Positions 36,401 through 50,600 of a DNA stretch of 64,000 nucleotides are shown here, piece by piece; positions within the stretch are counted from its first letter, which is position 1, and each line of letters opens with the position of its first letter. The position numbers and the translations under genes were made by a program. The notes beneath the pieces are model-generated. The model was not told the DNA's origin, ran no database searches, and saw nothing but the letters and a program-made list of their open reading frames with translations. Origin of the DNA: Malacoraja senta (taxonomy: Eukaryota); the NCBI GenBank assembly GCA_038087875.1, contig CM075990.1:186001-250000 (forward strand), given 5' to 3'.

Positions 36401-38271
36401 CGCATCTTTAAGATCTCCTTCACAAACGTTTCCATCTTAAAATGTCTATACCATACAAAAGGGTTAAGCCTATTCAGGTCTGTATAATTCTGCATCCCCC
36501 CATCCTTTTTTGGTCTGTGAAAGATATTGGACACAAACTGATGGCTTTGGTAAACTGCCTTAGCAATTACACCTTTATTACATAAGCTTGCAAGTTCCAG
36601 CTGAACTTCCAATTGTTCAGTGATACTGAAGTCAAACTCCTTTTTTGGAACATGTTGCATGGGTAAATCAGAATTTGCATTTAAGCTTTATTCGATGCCC
36701 TTGAATAACCTTCAGTATAAACATATCTGAGGTAAACATTTAATTGTATCACATTAGATCTGTCTACATGAGAACCAGACCCTCTTACCTCCTTACCACC
36801 TGGCATTCTTCCCCGGCCTTGAGCTGGATATCTCACCTCCGTGGCGGTGCTACAGCCGAACGCCAACCGCGCTGCATCGTAGCTGGACTCGTCCCTTGCC
36901 CGGACCAGTCTGCTCCCTTATAGGGATACTTCCGCTTTGGTGAATATGTGGCTGCCGTCTTAGCCTCCTCCTCCAGCTCCTTCACCTGCTGTGCGAAATC
37001 CTCGCCAAACAGCTGTGCCAGTTGCACTGTGCCAGGCTGGCAGAGTGAAGCATATTTAGCATTGATGGTTGGTCTAATCGCATCTTGCGGAGGCAATTGA
37101 TCTCAAAGTGGGCACTCCACAATAGCGCCTTTTGTTGTAATTTGTCATGCCCTCTCCATCCACCATCCTGGCAAAGCTCGTTATACCAGATGCCAGCAAC
37201 TTTAAAAATATGCTGGAGCTTCACATGCTCCTGGGCTTTCATTAGTATGCCCATCTTACCCCAATTCTTCCTGTTCCCAACAGGAACTTTTAACAGTCCA
37301 CAGTTGATTGGGGCTTCATACTTCATTACTGTCTCATCCATTGTCAGCTCCTGTAGCTGATGTGAGACTTGGTAATTTATGCTGGTGGCAAGTTCCTCAC
37401 CCAGAGGCTCACCAGCATCCGACGACATGGCAAACCATCCTGCACTCGTCGGACTCAGGGTCAGAGCGTATCTGCCCTTCTGCACTCACCTCTTGCAAAG
37501 AGGGTGCTTTCAAGCAGGCCTCTACTAGGCACTGCCAGCGGAGCCGTCCCCACGGCCTCCCGCCTGCACAACTCCTCCTGGAGTATGGCTTTATGAAGCA
37601 GACCTCTCCTAGGCACTGCCAGCGGAGCCTTCCCTAAGGCTTCCCGCCTGCACTACTCCTCCTGGAGTTGTGGCTTTATGAGGCAGACCTCCTAGGCACT
37701 GCCAGCAGAGCCTTCCCTATGGCTTCCCACCTGCACTACTCCTCCTGGAGCGTCTCTGTGGAGCAGCCCCTGTATGAGCTGCTCCTTTTGGATAACCGCT
37801 GGGGAACGGTATCCAGTCCCCGACGGGACTCTCGTGGCCCGACTCTGCGGAGTCTATAGCCCTGACAGACTTAACTTATGCCGACCGCCCGACTGGCGTT
37901 GGCTGTGTACCCGGCTGGGCACTTTCTGAAGTCTGTCGCCGCACCGCTACCGGCTTGCGACTCCCCCGAGGTGACAGGCTGCCTTTCAGAGACTGCGTCC
38001 CGCAGCTCTCTCTCTCCTTGTCGGCAGCAACCTGCACCTTTTCCTTGTTCCTGTATGTGGGAGAAAAAACACACAGAAATTTCTTTACTTTTCTTTACTT
38101 TTTTCTAACTCCTCCAAAGTCTCCCCGACTTTGGTGGAGCTGTATTTACTCACGTTGCAGCAGGAGCTCCGAGCTCCCGCTGCCGTTGTCGCCAATGCGT
38201 CAGACGTAATGACGCGCATGCGCCCTGACGGGGTTCTTCACGTAGTCACTCACGTGACTCCGAAGTAAAAT
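33491..38271 (-). mobile_element. DIRS copy 2 (full length, heavily decayed)
   Basis: Same terminal and ICR architecture (ICR ~33720-33832). YR remnant TISRWLK..HSTS..GWK and RT remnant FVSNIF.RPKKDG..HFKMET. AAT at both flanks. Confidence 0.93.
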
Positions 38272-38522
38272 TTGTATTCTTTCTCCAATAATAAAACACT
38301 GTGTGAATGTGTACAATGCATATTCGTGAATCTGCAGATCTGGGAGTCAGGATGAATGAAAAATAAAACAGCATGTTGGTTGCTAGCTGTAATTGTGAAA
38401 TTTGAATTGATATTAACTTTCTAAAGTGAATTGTACATGCAGTATTGTACGTGAAGAGAAAATGGAAGGGCTAAGAGGAGAAATGGTTTTAGTGGAAAGT
38501 TTGAGAGGTGGCAAAATTATAA

Positions 38523-41500
38523 ATTTTACTTCGGAGTCACTACGTGAAGAACCCGCCAGCACGCATGCGCGTCATATCGTCTAACGCATTGCGGAACGTC
38601 GGGCAGGGGGAGCGCTGCTCCACCAGCGGTCAAACCTGAAGGTAAGTTTTAAACTTTTTTCCAGGTCTGTTTTCTCCTTGCAGGAAGCTCTTTGCAGAGT
38701 TCCTGCTGGAGACGTTCCGGGGTCGAAATCCCGGCTCCACTCGGCTCCCTTCTACAGGGACGGCGGGGGGGAATCCCGGATACAAAAACTGCGGGGATAT
38801 TCGGCTCGGGGGAAGTCCGACCACAGACATCGCGGAGAAGCCCTTCTTCAGGGACCGCGAGGGAATCCCGGCTGCGAAAACTGCGGGGATATTTGGCTCG
38901 GGGGAAGCCCGGCTGCGGGGACCGCGGAACCCGGCTTCGGGGACCGTGGGAAGACTGCGGGTAACCCGGCTCGCCTCGGCCACGGGGACCGTGGGAAGAC
39001 ACGGCTACAGACCGCGGAAGTGCGGGTAGCCGGCGGCGACTTCAGACTCCGGCAGCCCGCAGAGGGTAAGAGCTTAAACAGAGTCTGAGAGGCCTAGACT
39101 GAAGTCAGGCCAGGAGGGTTCCCCTCCGACATGGGTACGTCCTCGGACGTTTTACCCTGATGGAGCTTGGATAGCATCCACTGGGCGTTCATCCCACTAA
39201 CATAATGCTCCATCCTCATATGGTCCATGGAAATCTCCCTATCTGTGAAGGTGAGTACGAGGGGTCAGTTGGTAACTGACTCCAAACTCCGCGGTGGTTC
39301 CCCAGAAAGGGGGTAAAACCAAAAGTAAGGCGGATAGGAACCGCAGTGGTTCCCCAGAAAGGGGGTAAAACCAAGGGTAAGATGGATAGTAACCGGGGTG
39401 GTTCCCCAGACAGAAGTATGTCAGGGGAACATACTGGCAGAAAACCAGGAGCGGCCAGAGTTCCCCTCATGGAGCAGCAGCTACTTCACATCACATCATT
39501 ATAGGAACATGTGAAGTGTTCCTGAAGTGCAGCAGTGAACAGCGCTATCTGGGGTCATATTGGAGGCGGCATGAACCCAGTAAATGTCCAGCCGCCGAAT
39601 CTTCTCTTCATGGAAAATCTGTTCAAACAGGTAAGACCGGGATCAAGAAACAAAAACTGTCAGACTACTCAAAGTACCAACGACAAGCAAAGCTTCATTG
39701 TGTCGGCGACAACACACCCTATGCCTTCATCGGCAGGAAGCGGTTCACGGAAGCTGGTGGCAGGTTGTAAGCTGAGCACAGGTCTTTTAGGCCAATGCCC
39801 AAAACCAGCCCTAAGGGGAATATGGTATCCACGTACCCCAGCAGTCCTACTCTCCAAATCAAGGACAGGAATAGAACCTGCATCAGGGGCCTTTGGGGCT
39901 TACCATAAACCACCGATAACCATGAAGGTACGTGGGTCTGGTTCTTTCCGAATCATGGGATATGTGGACCATTTACAAGTTGGTAATATTTACACTTGTT
40001 TTGTACAGATGACAATGATAATGCAAGATTCAGATCTGTTTATAATTAAAATAATAACATGAGATTCGATTATACTGCACAGTATACAAGCGAGACAGGC
40101 ACAGAATTTGGCCAGAGTTCTCGGAAATATTGCTGGAGTTGCCTTTCAAGGCAGGCTCGCAATTATGGCAGATGTGGCCTGTTCATTGTCAACAGGTTCA
40201 ACTCATGTGCAGTATAGACATTTCTGAATAGGAAACTTCGTGACTGTTTAAACTTCCATGGGATCAGTTTCCATTCACGGGGCACCGGAGGTATTTTAAA
40301 TTTAGCTGGATGGGGCAATGATACAGTTAAAAGCGTTGCAAAATGGGCTAACTTCAGCTCCCAGGTTATTTACCAAATTACTAAAACCAGTGCTTCGACT
40401 GCTCAGAGCTAAAAAACAATTGTCATGGCCTATCGGGATGACATTCTAAATGCTGTATTTTGCTAAATTAGCTGTATCAACCACCAAACTATATTTGAGA
40501 AATTGGGTTTCTCACCCATCCAGTTACATTTAAGTTGATACCAACTGAAATTATTGATTATTGGGATTTACCTTTAACTCTATTAATTTGTCTGGGACTC
40601 CGCCCTGAGGCAAGAGATTGGAATTGAAGCCTGTAACAACCTTGTTATCAAGCAGCCTTCTGTTCATCAATTGTAATTGGCAATATATTGGCTTTCAGCT
40701 GTGCTATTTGGGCCTTTGCATTATCAGAACTATACAACGTGCAAAGGAGTAGCTCTCAAGTACCACGTAGGTCATTGTTGCCAGACCTATGATATTCCAG
40801 CTGAAACTATCAAAGTCACCATGGTGGACATACAGTATTCAGCATTGCTCCACTAACTTTTCATCAGTAAATCTTCAGTGAATTACAAACTGATGCTATT
40901 GCTCAAAGATGGAAAATTACTTATACCATCTCTAGTTACGGAGGTGGATGGGATTGCATGAGTTGCCAATTCTTCAGTTATAAGGTATCAACTACCTATA
41001 GACACTAGGTGCATTTTATGGGTTAAAGGTTTTGTGCAGATATGCATGATCTGCATGCTCAAGTCCAAGTTGATGCACTTTGGTGGTGGTATGTTAATCA
41101 CGTGGGTACAACCAAGTCAAAGTATCTGGTGATAGTTTACCTACCCTCATTTGGCACTGGTGTATCATCATGTAAAATCAATGATAACACAGAATGGATG
41201 TTGGATCACAAAGTATTTAATGACATTATGGCTCGATGGAACACTAAAAGATCGAGATATTTGCATCCAGGCTCAATCACCAGTTCCAAAAAATATGTGG
41301 CATATCAGTGGCGATGGATGCATTCTTGCTACACTGGGGAGGAATGTTCTTTTATGTCTTCCTCCATTTTGCCTCATCAGACAGGTCTTGCAAATAATTC
41401 AGCAAGTTCCCGCTTCAGGCTTTTTTGTAGTGCCTGACTGGCATTTACAGCCATGGTTCCCGCTGATGTGGGGAATGATAATAGAACCAAACTATGGGCA

Positions 41501-43770
41501 TGCTCACTGCAGATTGCAGGGGTAGCACCAAATAAGAAGTATTTTCCTCATAAGGAGATGGGAAGTAATTGTTTTTGCTAATATTACATATATTTCGGCA
41601 CGGATGACTGACGTCGTGAAGTTCAGTTATATGGGTTTGACAAATATTAAGTTAAAGTGCCATTTACTGTGCCGAACGTGCCTTCTCATCATATTAGAAA
41701 CATAGAAACATAGAAAATAGGTGCAGGAGTAGGCCATTCGGCCTTTCGAGCCTGCACCGCCATTCAATATGATCATGGCTGATCATCCAACTCAGTATCC
41801 CGTACCTGCCTTCTCTCCATACCCCCTGATCCCTTTAGCCACAAGGGCCACATCTAACTCCCTCTTAAATATAGCCAATGAACTGGCCTCAACTGCCCTC
41901 TGTGGCAGAGAGTTCCAGAGATTCACCACTCTCTGTGTGAAAAAGTTTTTCCTCATCTCGGTCTTAAAGGATTTCCCCCTTATCCTTAAGCTGTGACCCC
42001 TTGTCCTGGACTTCCCCAACATCGGGAACAATCTTCCTGCATCTAGCATGTCCAACCCCATAAGAATTTTGTACGTTTCTATAAGATCCCCTCTCAATCT
42101 CCTAAATTCTAGCGAGTATAAGCCAAGTCTATCCAGTCTTTCTTCATATGAAAGTCCTGACATCCCAGGAATCAGTCTGATGAACCTTCTCTGCACTCCC
42201 TCTATGGCTATAATGTCCTTCCTCAGATTTGGAGACCAAAACTGTACGCAATACTCCAGGTGTGGTCTCACCAAGACCCTGTACAACTGTAGTAGAACCT
42301 CCCTGCTCCTATACTCAAATCCTCTTGCTATGAAGGCCAACATACCATTCGCTTTCTTCACTGCCTGCTGCACCTGCATGCCTACTTTCAATGACTGGTG
42401 TACCATGACACCCAGGTCTCGCTGCATCTCCCCATTTCCTAATCGGCCACCATTTAGATAATAGTCTGCCTTCCCGTTTTTGCCACCAAAGTGGATAACC
42501 TCACATTTATCCACATTATACTGCATCTGCCTATTCTGCATATTGGCTGCGGGGAGCAGAATGCACTCTGTCGGGTCTCGTTCTTTGATATCTAAATTAT
42601 GAAGGGTATCTTCTAACTCAAAACCTCCCAGGCCCAGGTATGCAGAAATATGGGACGTTAACATTGTGCTACGCAGCTTCGCTGGTGGGATCCAGCTACA
42701 TCCCTGTCCTTGGTCAAACTCACTTACAAAGTGGTTATGCTCATGGCGCTGAGTCCAGCGCAACGGGTCCAATCATTGCATAAGCTAGGGACTGGACAGG
42801 ATGATTATATCTGCAGGCAAAATAACATTTTATGGTTATGTCTTAGTCAAACAGAATAGACCAGGGGCATCAGGTCTTAACTAGACTTGTTGGCATTTCC
42901 CATGGACCTTCAGTTGTTTGTGGTCACACATCTACACCTGTATGTTAAGGTTACTAAGAGCTTAAAGACTCTGAACTAGCAATGTTTGCTAGTTACATAA
43001 AGCCTCATAAGTAGGAATCACTACACACCATCTCGAGGTGGTTAACGGGTTCTGGCTTATAGAGGAGTGAACACTGACATTTCAAGTCTCACTCCACCAG
43101 GGCTGCAACAACATCAGCAGCAGGGTTATGGACGTTTCGCGGGACCACATCCTAGCGGCTGCAGGATGGTCAAACGAACGATCTTTCCAAACATTTTATA
43201 ACTAACCCATTGCCAGACCGGGGGTATTTGCCAACTCTATATTAGGTTCTATTTTATAGTTTTCTCCCGGTTGAGGGAGGTTACTGTTATCATTATTTGT
43301 TCATTAAAAGCATCAACATGTCTATATCTATGTCATGTCTGAATGCATTTTTAATGTTCACTCATCATTGGTCAACTGATGCAGTGTGTGGCGCATGGAC
43401 TCGTTTCCACAGCATGAAATCACAGAGCTTTGAAATCTTCACGTAGTCACTCACGTGACTCCGAAGTAAAATAGTAAGATTAAACGAGAACTTACCAGTT
43501 TGAATTTTGATCTTTATTTTATGAGGAGTTACGTTGAGGGATTACGTGCCCTCCGCTCCCAACCCTCTATCATAAAGATCAGCTGTTTTTCTAGTCTTCT
43601 CTAATCTTACTATGTTTAGTTCAACAACTGTTATCTGTGATCTCACACCGCTGCTTTGAAGATTGACGCGCATGCGTGCTGGCGGGTTCTTCACGTAATC
43701 CCTCAACGTAACTCCTCATAAAATAAAGATCAAACTTCAACCTGGTAAGTTCTCGTTTAATCTTACTATT
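38523..43770 (+). mobile_element. DIRS copy 3 (full length, heavily decayed, contains a CR1 insert)
   Basis: Starts ATTTTACTTCGGAGTCAC, ICR at ~43435-43550, ends ATCTTACTATT. Methyltransferase remnant PPFCLI..VVPDW..QPWFP and YR remnant CACTCCACCAGGGCTGC. Confidence 0.92.
41696..42530 (-). mobile_element. CR1 3' fragment inserted in the DIRS3 recombinase
   Basis: Nearly identical to 32549-33382 of the full-length CR1, with an (AGAAACAT)n tail on the plus strand. Confidence 0.93.
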
Positions 43771-43809
43771 CTTCTGGGAGATTCAGATGCATCAGGAGCT
43801 GTGAACACT

Positions 43810-44240
43810 CTCCCCAGAGGCCCAGCATAAATTGGAGGAACAGCACCTCATATTTTGCTTGGTTAGTTCACGCCTCTGTGGTATGAATATTGACTTCTCT
43901 AACTTCAAGTAACCCTTCCTTTCCCTCCATCCCTCCCCCTTCCCAGTTCTCCGACCAGTCTGACTGTGCCCAATTACATTTTATCTGTTTGCTTCTCCTT
44001 GCTAACAATGATCTATTCTAAATCTTCCTAGATCTCCACCTCCTTTGATGTCTCATTTTCACATCTTACCCTTCCATATTTCTAGTTCCCCTCTTCCCAA
44101 TTCTCAGTCTGAAGAGTGGTCTCAACCCAAAACGTCACCTATTCCTTCTCTCCAGAGATGCTGCCTGTCCCGCTGAGTAACTCCAGCATTTTGTGTCTAT
44201 CTTCAGTTTAAACCAGCATCTGCAGTTCCTTCCTACACTC
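43810..44240 (+). mobile_element. Penelope-like 3' fragment with a degenerate hammerhead-like motif at ~44109-44137
   Basis: LEEQHLIF-type endonuclease tail, matching 4221-4540 in reverse. CTGAAGAG..AAAACGTC has lost the G of the GAAA box. Confidence 0.75.
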
Positions 44241-44503
44241 TTTTTCTCCTTCACTCATTATAATCTTATTCCTAGATTTCATCTGGATTAAGCTCCTGCT
44301 GCCGTTGGTGCTTCAGGTTCAGAGTTGAATTCCTTTTCTGGGATTGCACTGGCTTTCACTGCTGTCAAAATTCGATGAAATCACAAGAACTTTTAGCGGA
44401 GATTAATTCAATGTTGCCCCAAAGCAAAATTGTGTTCTCGCCAGAGTTTAATGTCAGTGAAATAAAAGAAAATGTCATCACACTTTAAAAGATGGATGAA
44501 TCA

Positions 44504-44894
44504 GGCTGCATCTAGCCTGTCCAGCCTGGGGTTGGACAGGCTAGATGCAGGAAGATTGTTCCCGATGTTGGGGAAGTCCAGGACAAGGGGTCACAGCTTA
44601 AGGATAAGGGGGAAATCCTTTTAGACCGAGATGAGAAAAAACTTTTTCACACAGAGAGTGGTGAATCTCTGGAACTCTCTGCCACAGAGGGTAGTTGAGG
44701 CCAGTTCATTGGCTATATTTAAGAGGGAGTTAGATGTGGCCCTTGTGGCTAAAGGGATCAGGGGGTATGGAGAGAAGGCAGGTACGGGATACTGAGTTGG
44801 ATGATCAGCCATGATCATATTGAATGGTGGCGCAGGCTCGAAGGGCCGAATGGCCTACTCCTGCACCTATTTTCTATGTATCTATGTATCTATG
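44504..44894 (+). mobile_element. CR1 3' fragment with a short 5' inverted duplication
   Basis: Matches 33018-33380. Approximate TSD TGGATGAATCA / TGGATGATTCA. Confidence 0.9.
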
Positions 44895-44908
44895 ATTGGA
44901 TGATTCAA

Positions 44909-45205
44909 CTTAGTTTAGAGATACAGCGCAGAAACAGCCTCTTCGGCCCACTGAGTCCGCACCGACCAGCGATCCCTGCACATTAACACTATCCTCCACA
45001 CACTAGGGACAATATTTTCATTTATACCAAACCAGTTAACCTACATTCTTGTGCATCTTTGGAGCGTGGATGGAAACCGAAGATCTTGGAGAAAACCCAC
45101 GCAGGTCATGGGGAGAACGTACAAACTCCGTACAGGCACACGTAGCCAGGATCAAACCCGGGTCTCGGATGCTGTAAAGCAGCAGCTCTATTGCTACACC
45201 ACCTT
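44909..45205 (-). mobile_element. HE1-type V-SINE
   Basis: Reverse complement of the full SINE. Confidence 0.85.
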
Positions 45206-45597
45206 GCAGACCTGTGATAATCATGAAATGACATTAAACTTACAGCTTTCTGACTTCCGGTGGCACCATGTTGGACTGAACAGGTGTAGCATTTAGCTCC
45301 GTGCCCGTAATCGGCGAATTTTCGCTTTAAAAATCGATTTGGAAGTCGGGTCCGTGTGTAATAACTTACCGGAGCTGCTTGTCGCGGTGCTGATGATGTC
45401 ATCAGAAATTGCCGCGAAAATAACGGAGGTTTAAGCTATTTTTAAATGAAAAGAACGACTCCTGTCAGAGCCCCCAGAGATCTGTCTCCAAGCAACTTTT
45501 GAAAATACAGTCACTACCTGAAAAAATTCAAGAACCTGAAGAAGTAACTGCTGAACTTCAAGAACTCGAAGAAGTATCTGCTGAATTAGCTCTGAAA

Positions 45598-46527
45598 ATG
45601 ACTACAAGATCAAAGGCTGAAATGGCTGAAAAAGTTTCAAAGGACAAAGAAATGGAGGAAATTAAGATATCGGTGAGTGACTTAAAAAATGAACTTTTGG
45701 CAGCTAATAAAAGTATGATGGAGAGCATGGAGAGCATGATGCAGAACATGAACGTCGGGAATCAGAAAGTTATTGATTCAATCGGTAATATAAATAAACG
45801 AATAGACGATGTTCATGGTGAATTATCTTTGAAAATTGATAAGGTTGAAACAGACTGTACTAGTAAGTTTGAGGTGGTCCACCAAACTGTTAAAACATGT
45901 TGTACTACCATGAAAGATATGGAAATAGCAATGTTACAAATGGCTGAAGAAATGCAGAAAATTAAGAAGAATTATGAAGAGGTCGTGGGTCAGCTGACCA
46001 AAACGTTGGATAAATGCCTTGACTTGGAAGCAAGGTCAAGACGGCAGAATTTAAGAATAGTTGGAGTGGCAGAAGGGGAAGAGGGGAATGATCCCCAAGA
46101 GTACACTGCTAACTTACTTAAAAATATACTCGATCTGCCAGCTAAACCGAAAATTGAAGTGGCACGCCGGGCGAATCGGCCAAAATTAAGGGCACAAATA
46201 AGAGCTGCTCCCCCATGACAGATCATTGTGAAATTTCGGGACATTTCAGCTTTGGAAGAGGCCATAAAAAAAGTACAACATGGAAAGATTATGAAGTTTG
46301 GGATGAACACTATCAGACTTTTTAGAGACTATCCTTATGAAATTGCCAAAAAACGAGAAACGTTTAAAAATACACAACAGATCTTGAAAGGGCACAGGGA
46401 AATCAGATATGGAATAATTTATCCTGCTAAGATGATCATCACTTATAAGGATACCGAACGCAAATTTGCTGATCCAGAAGCTGCTTACAAATATGCTCAA
46501 GGCATTGTAAAAGAAATAGAGGCTTAA
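45598..46527 (+). pseudogene. L1 ORF1p (coiled coil, RRM, CTD) with a single in-frame stop
   Basis: DLEARSRRQNLRIVGVAEGEE, PP*QIIVKF (TGA at 46216-46218, probably CGA>TGA), RLFRDYP and IYPAKM. Confidence 0.9.
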
Positions 46528-47601
46528 GTAAAACATCACATCCTCAAGACAAGGTTATTATTCTACAGACAACGGCTGAGGGAAGGTCGATAGAAATAAC
46601 TTTTTAAACTCTTAAAAGAAAAAAGGATTAAGATGGTGCAGCTTCTCCATGTGTAGCTGTCTAGACTCTCTTATCTCCTCAAGGACAAATTCGGCTTCAA
46701 CAAGAGCGAAAGATGGAATAACGAGGGTGTGGCTGAATGAGCAACCTAATGAAGATGGATGGGGGGAAAAAAATCCTGAATACTGTTAAAATGTTATCCT
46801 TATACTAATTCCATACTAACACAAAAACTACTGAACTAATATAGCTATAGTAATTAATGTTATTGAAATTAATACATTAACAGTAATGATTTAAAATTGA
46901 ATTGCTTAACTGATAAAATGTAATAGTTCATTGCAAGGATTGAACCCCCTCCCCCCCCCCCCCCCCCCTGGTAGGGGAGGAGGGGGGCTAAATATAAGTA
47001 AATAGATTTACAACAGACTACCAAATTAATTTAGAAATTATGATAAGCTCTAGTTTAAATTTTGTGCGGAAGGAGGTGAGGAGATTCAAAATCTTGGCAA
47101 ATAGCCAGGTGCCTGAATCGGGTTAACCCCTTCCAACCAAAGGCAGTTTAGTATGGAGGAAGAAAACGTAATAATTGTTAACATAAGTAAATGGTAGATA
47201 AGCTAGGAGATTAGAGAAGATTTATTTGAATACAAAGATATGGTAGATACGGTAAGGCTGACACATAAAATTTGGCTTTGAATGGGTCCCAACTCCCTTT
47301 TGTAAGATTATTCAAGGGGACGGAGCTAAATGTAGATTAACAACTACGGAAGTCATTAATTGTGTAACTACCACCATTAGGTGGATAATTGGCCACAGTG
47401 TCGTCATTTTTAGACACTGTAACCTCACTCTTTTGATTTTTTTTTCATGTCACAATAATGTACACTTTTTTGTTTTTTTACTTAAGGACAATTTTGAGAG
47501 GGATGTAATAATTGAATTTAATATTGCAAATGCTCGCCCAACAGCCAGAGACCTAAGGTATTGTTTGCACCACATGTTTAAAAGGTAGTAAATAATTTAA
47601 A

Positions 47602-50600
47602 ATGCAAGACGATATACAAAAGAAATTTGGAGGAATCACATTCTGTAGTTGGAATATTAAGGGTGCTAATGAACCAATTAAAAGGGGTAAGATTTTTGCA
47701 CAATTGAAGTCACTCAATTCGGACATAATATTTCTACAAGAAACTCACTTGAAACTGCAAGCTCAAGCCAGATTGAAGGCAAACTGGATAGGCCAAACAT
47801 ACCAATCTTCATATATTTCCAAAGCTAGAGGCACAGCAATCATTATTCGAAAAGGTATACCATTTAAATCGAAGAAGATCGTGACAGATAAGGAAGGGAG
47901 ATACCTTATAGTTACCGGAGAGATTCATGATACCCCAATCACCTTGGTAAATATTTATGCGCCTAATTTTGATAATCCTCAATTTTTTAATAAAATTTTG
48001 AATATAATTACAGAGTTCAATTATCAAAATGTGATAATTGGGGGAGATTTTAACTGTGTTTTGGATCCATATTTGGATAAATCTTCACAACAGAGTAGGG
48101 GTAACACAAAATCTAAAACCAGGGAAATCTTAAATACTTACATAAAAAATACAAATATAACAGATGTTTGGAGGATCGCTAACCCTGTCGGAAGGGAATA
48201 CTCGTTTTATTCAATGGTACACAAAACGTATTCACGTATCGACTATTTCTTAGTGGATACAAAACTAATTCCCTATACAATGAACCCAAAATATCACAAT
48301 GGTATAATTTCTGATCACTCCCCATTAACTTTTTTTAAAATTAGAAGGAATGCCTTCTAATAAATCGTTTTGGAGGTTTAATCCTCAAATCTTGACCCAC
48401 AAGGGGAAATATATTTAAAACAACAGATGGAACTTTTAAAAAAAAATAATGATACCCCAGAGATTTCACCAGTTCTACTATGGGAATCATTCAAAGCAGT
48501 TATTAGAGGATCTATAATCTCATATCAAGCCTTTTTAAATAAAAGGAATAAGAAAGAACAAAGGCAGTTAGAAGAACAAATTAGAGAATTGGAATTAGAT
48601 AATGCTAAAGAGCCTACTATAGACAAACATAATAAAATAACAATAATGAAATTTAAATTAAATAAAATATTATCAGCAAATGTTATTAGACTATTTCAAA
48701 TCACAAAACAGGAAAATTTTGAATTTGGGGATAAACCACACAAGCTTCTGGCTCGACAACTGAAAAAATGGGAAAAGGACCACATGATTTTAAGGATTAA
48801 ATCAAATAAAGGGGAATTGTTAACACTACCTAAGGATATTAATAAAAGATTCGCACAATTTTATCAAAATGTATATACATCTAAAGCGGTAGCAGATAGT
48901 ACTAAAGTTAGAGAGTTCCTGGATAATTGTAAGCTCCCAAAACTTAATGTGAGTGAACAAGAGGAATTAGGTGCACAAATCTCAACTAAGGAAATAGAAG
49001 AAACAATAAATACATTAAAGAACGGAAAAACTCCAGGGCCAGATGGTTTTAGTAATGAATTTTATAAAAGATTTTATGAGATAATTACACCACGACTACA
49101 TAAAATGTATATATATGCTTTTAAAGAACATACACTTCCAGAAACACTGGCAGAGTCAACGATTACTCTAATACCTAAAAAAAGGTCAAGATTTAGAAGA
49201 TCCGGGCTCTTATAGAGCTATTGCGCTGTTAAATACAGATAAAAAAATATTAGCGAAAACATTAGCTAGAAGGCTAAGTAACTATGTCAGTAAATTAATA
49301 AATCCGGATCAAACAGGGTTTATACCCAAGAGGTATTCAAGTAATAACCTGAGACGTCTGTTTAATTTAATGCACTCACATAAAACCGAAGAGCAAGATT
49401 TATCAATTATCTCACTGGACGCAGAAAAAGCATTTGATCAAGTGGAATGGGATTATATGGTTAAAGTATTGCAAAAATTTCAAGTGGGAGTGAATTTTAT
49501 CGCTTGGGTAAAATTATTATATGACAGGCCTACGGCCAGAATATTAACTAATAATATCCTGTCCTCGAAATTTCAGTTATCAAGGGGAAATAGACAGGGG
49601 TGTTCATTATCACCTCTGCTATTTGCTCTTGTAATAGAACCGTTAGCGGAAAGTATTAGGATACATCCGAATATTTATGGGTACAATACAAAATATTCAA
49701 ATAATAAGATATCTTTATATGCAGATGATGTACTACTATACATTACAAAATCACAAACTAGTATACCAAATATATTAAATTTAATTGAGGAATTTGGATC
49801 CTTTTCAGAATATAGAATAAATTGGAATAAAAGTGAAATTATGCCGATTAAACCTCAGGAATCGACACACCTGTTAAAATTCCCTTTTAAAATCGCCGTA
49901 GAAAAATTTAAATATTTGGGAATTGAAATTACTAGAAAATATAAGTCTCTATTTAATGCAAACTATATGCCCTTACTCAATAAACTAAACACACTGATTA
50001 AATTCTGGAAAACCCTCCCGATGTCTCTTATAGGCCGAATAAATGCTATAAAAATGATCTTTTTACCACAAATTTTATATCTATTCCAGTCAATACCGAT
50101 ATACTTACCCAAAATTTGTTTTTAAAAATTGGATGCTGATATTACAAATTTTATATGGGACTATAAATCCCACAGAATCCAAAGAAAACATTTGTGTAAA
50201 CCTAAGGAATTTGGTGGATTATCACTCCCCAATTTTTTATATTATTACTGGGCCACAAATGTCAAAAATATGATTCACCTGTTGGACAATTCAGCCCAGC
50301 AGGTGGATTGGATAGTAATGGAGAGAGAGGACTGCTCCCCTTTTAACATAGGAGCGATCCTTCTCTCACCAACAAAAATAAAGAATACAATATATAGTAA
50401 AAATCCAATTATTCACAGTACAATTAGAATTTGGAAACAAATAAAATTATCGTTAAAATTAAGAAATCTATCACTTCTTTCACCGATAATGAATAACCCT
50501 TCGTTTAAACCTTCTATGATAGATAGAGATTTTATAAATTGGGAAAGCAGGAATTAAAACGTTTGGAGATATGTATGATAATGGAAGTTTTTTTTAACAT

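Noticed and set aside
41792..42772. 326-aa minus-strand ORF as a fusion gene
   Set aside because: Chance read-through from antisense DIRS sequence into the inserted CR1 fragment.
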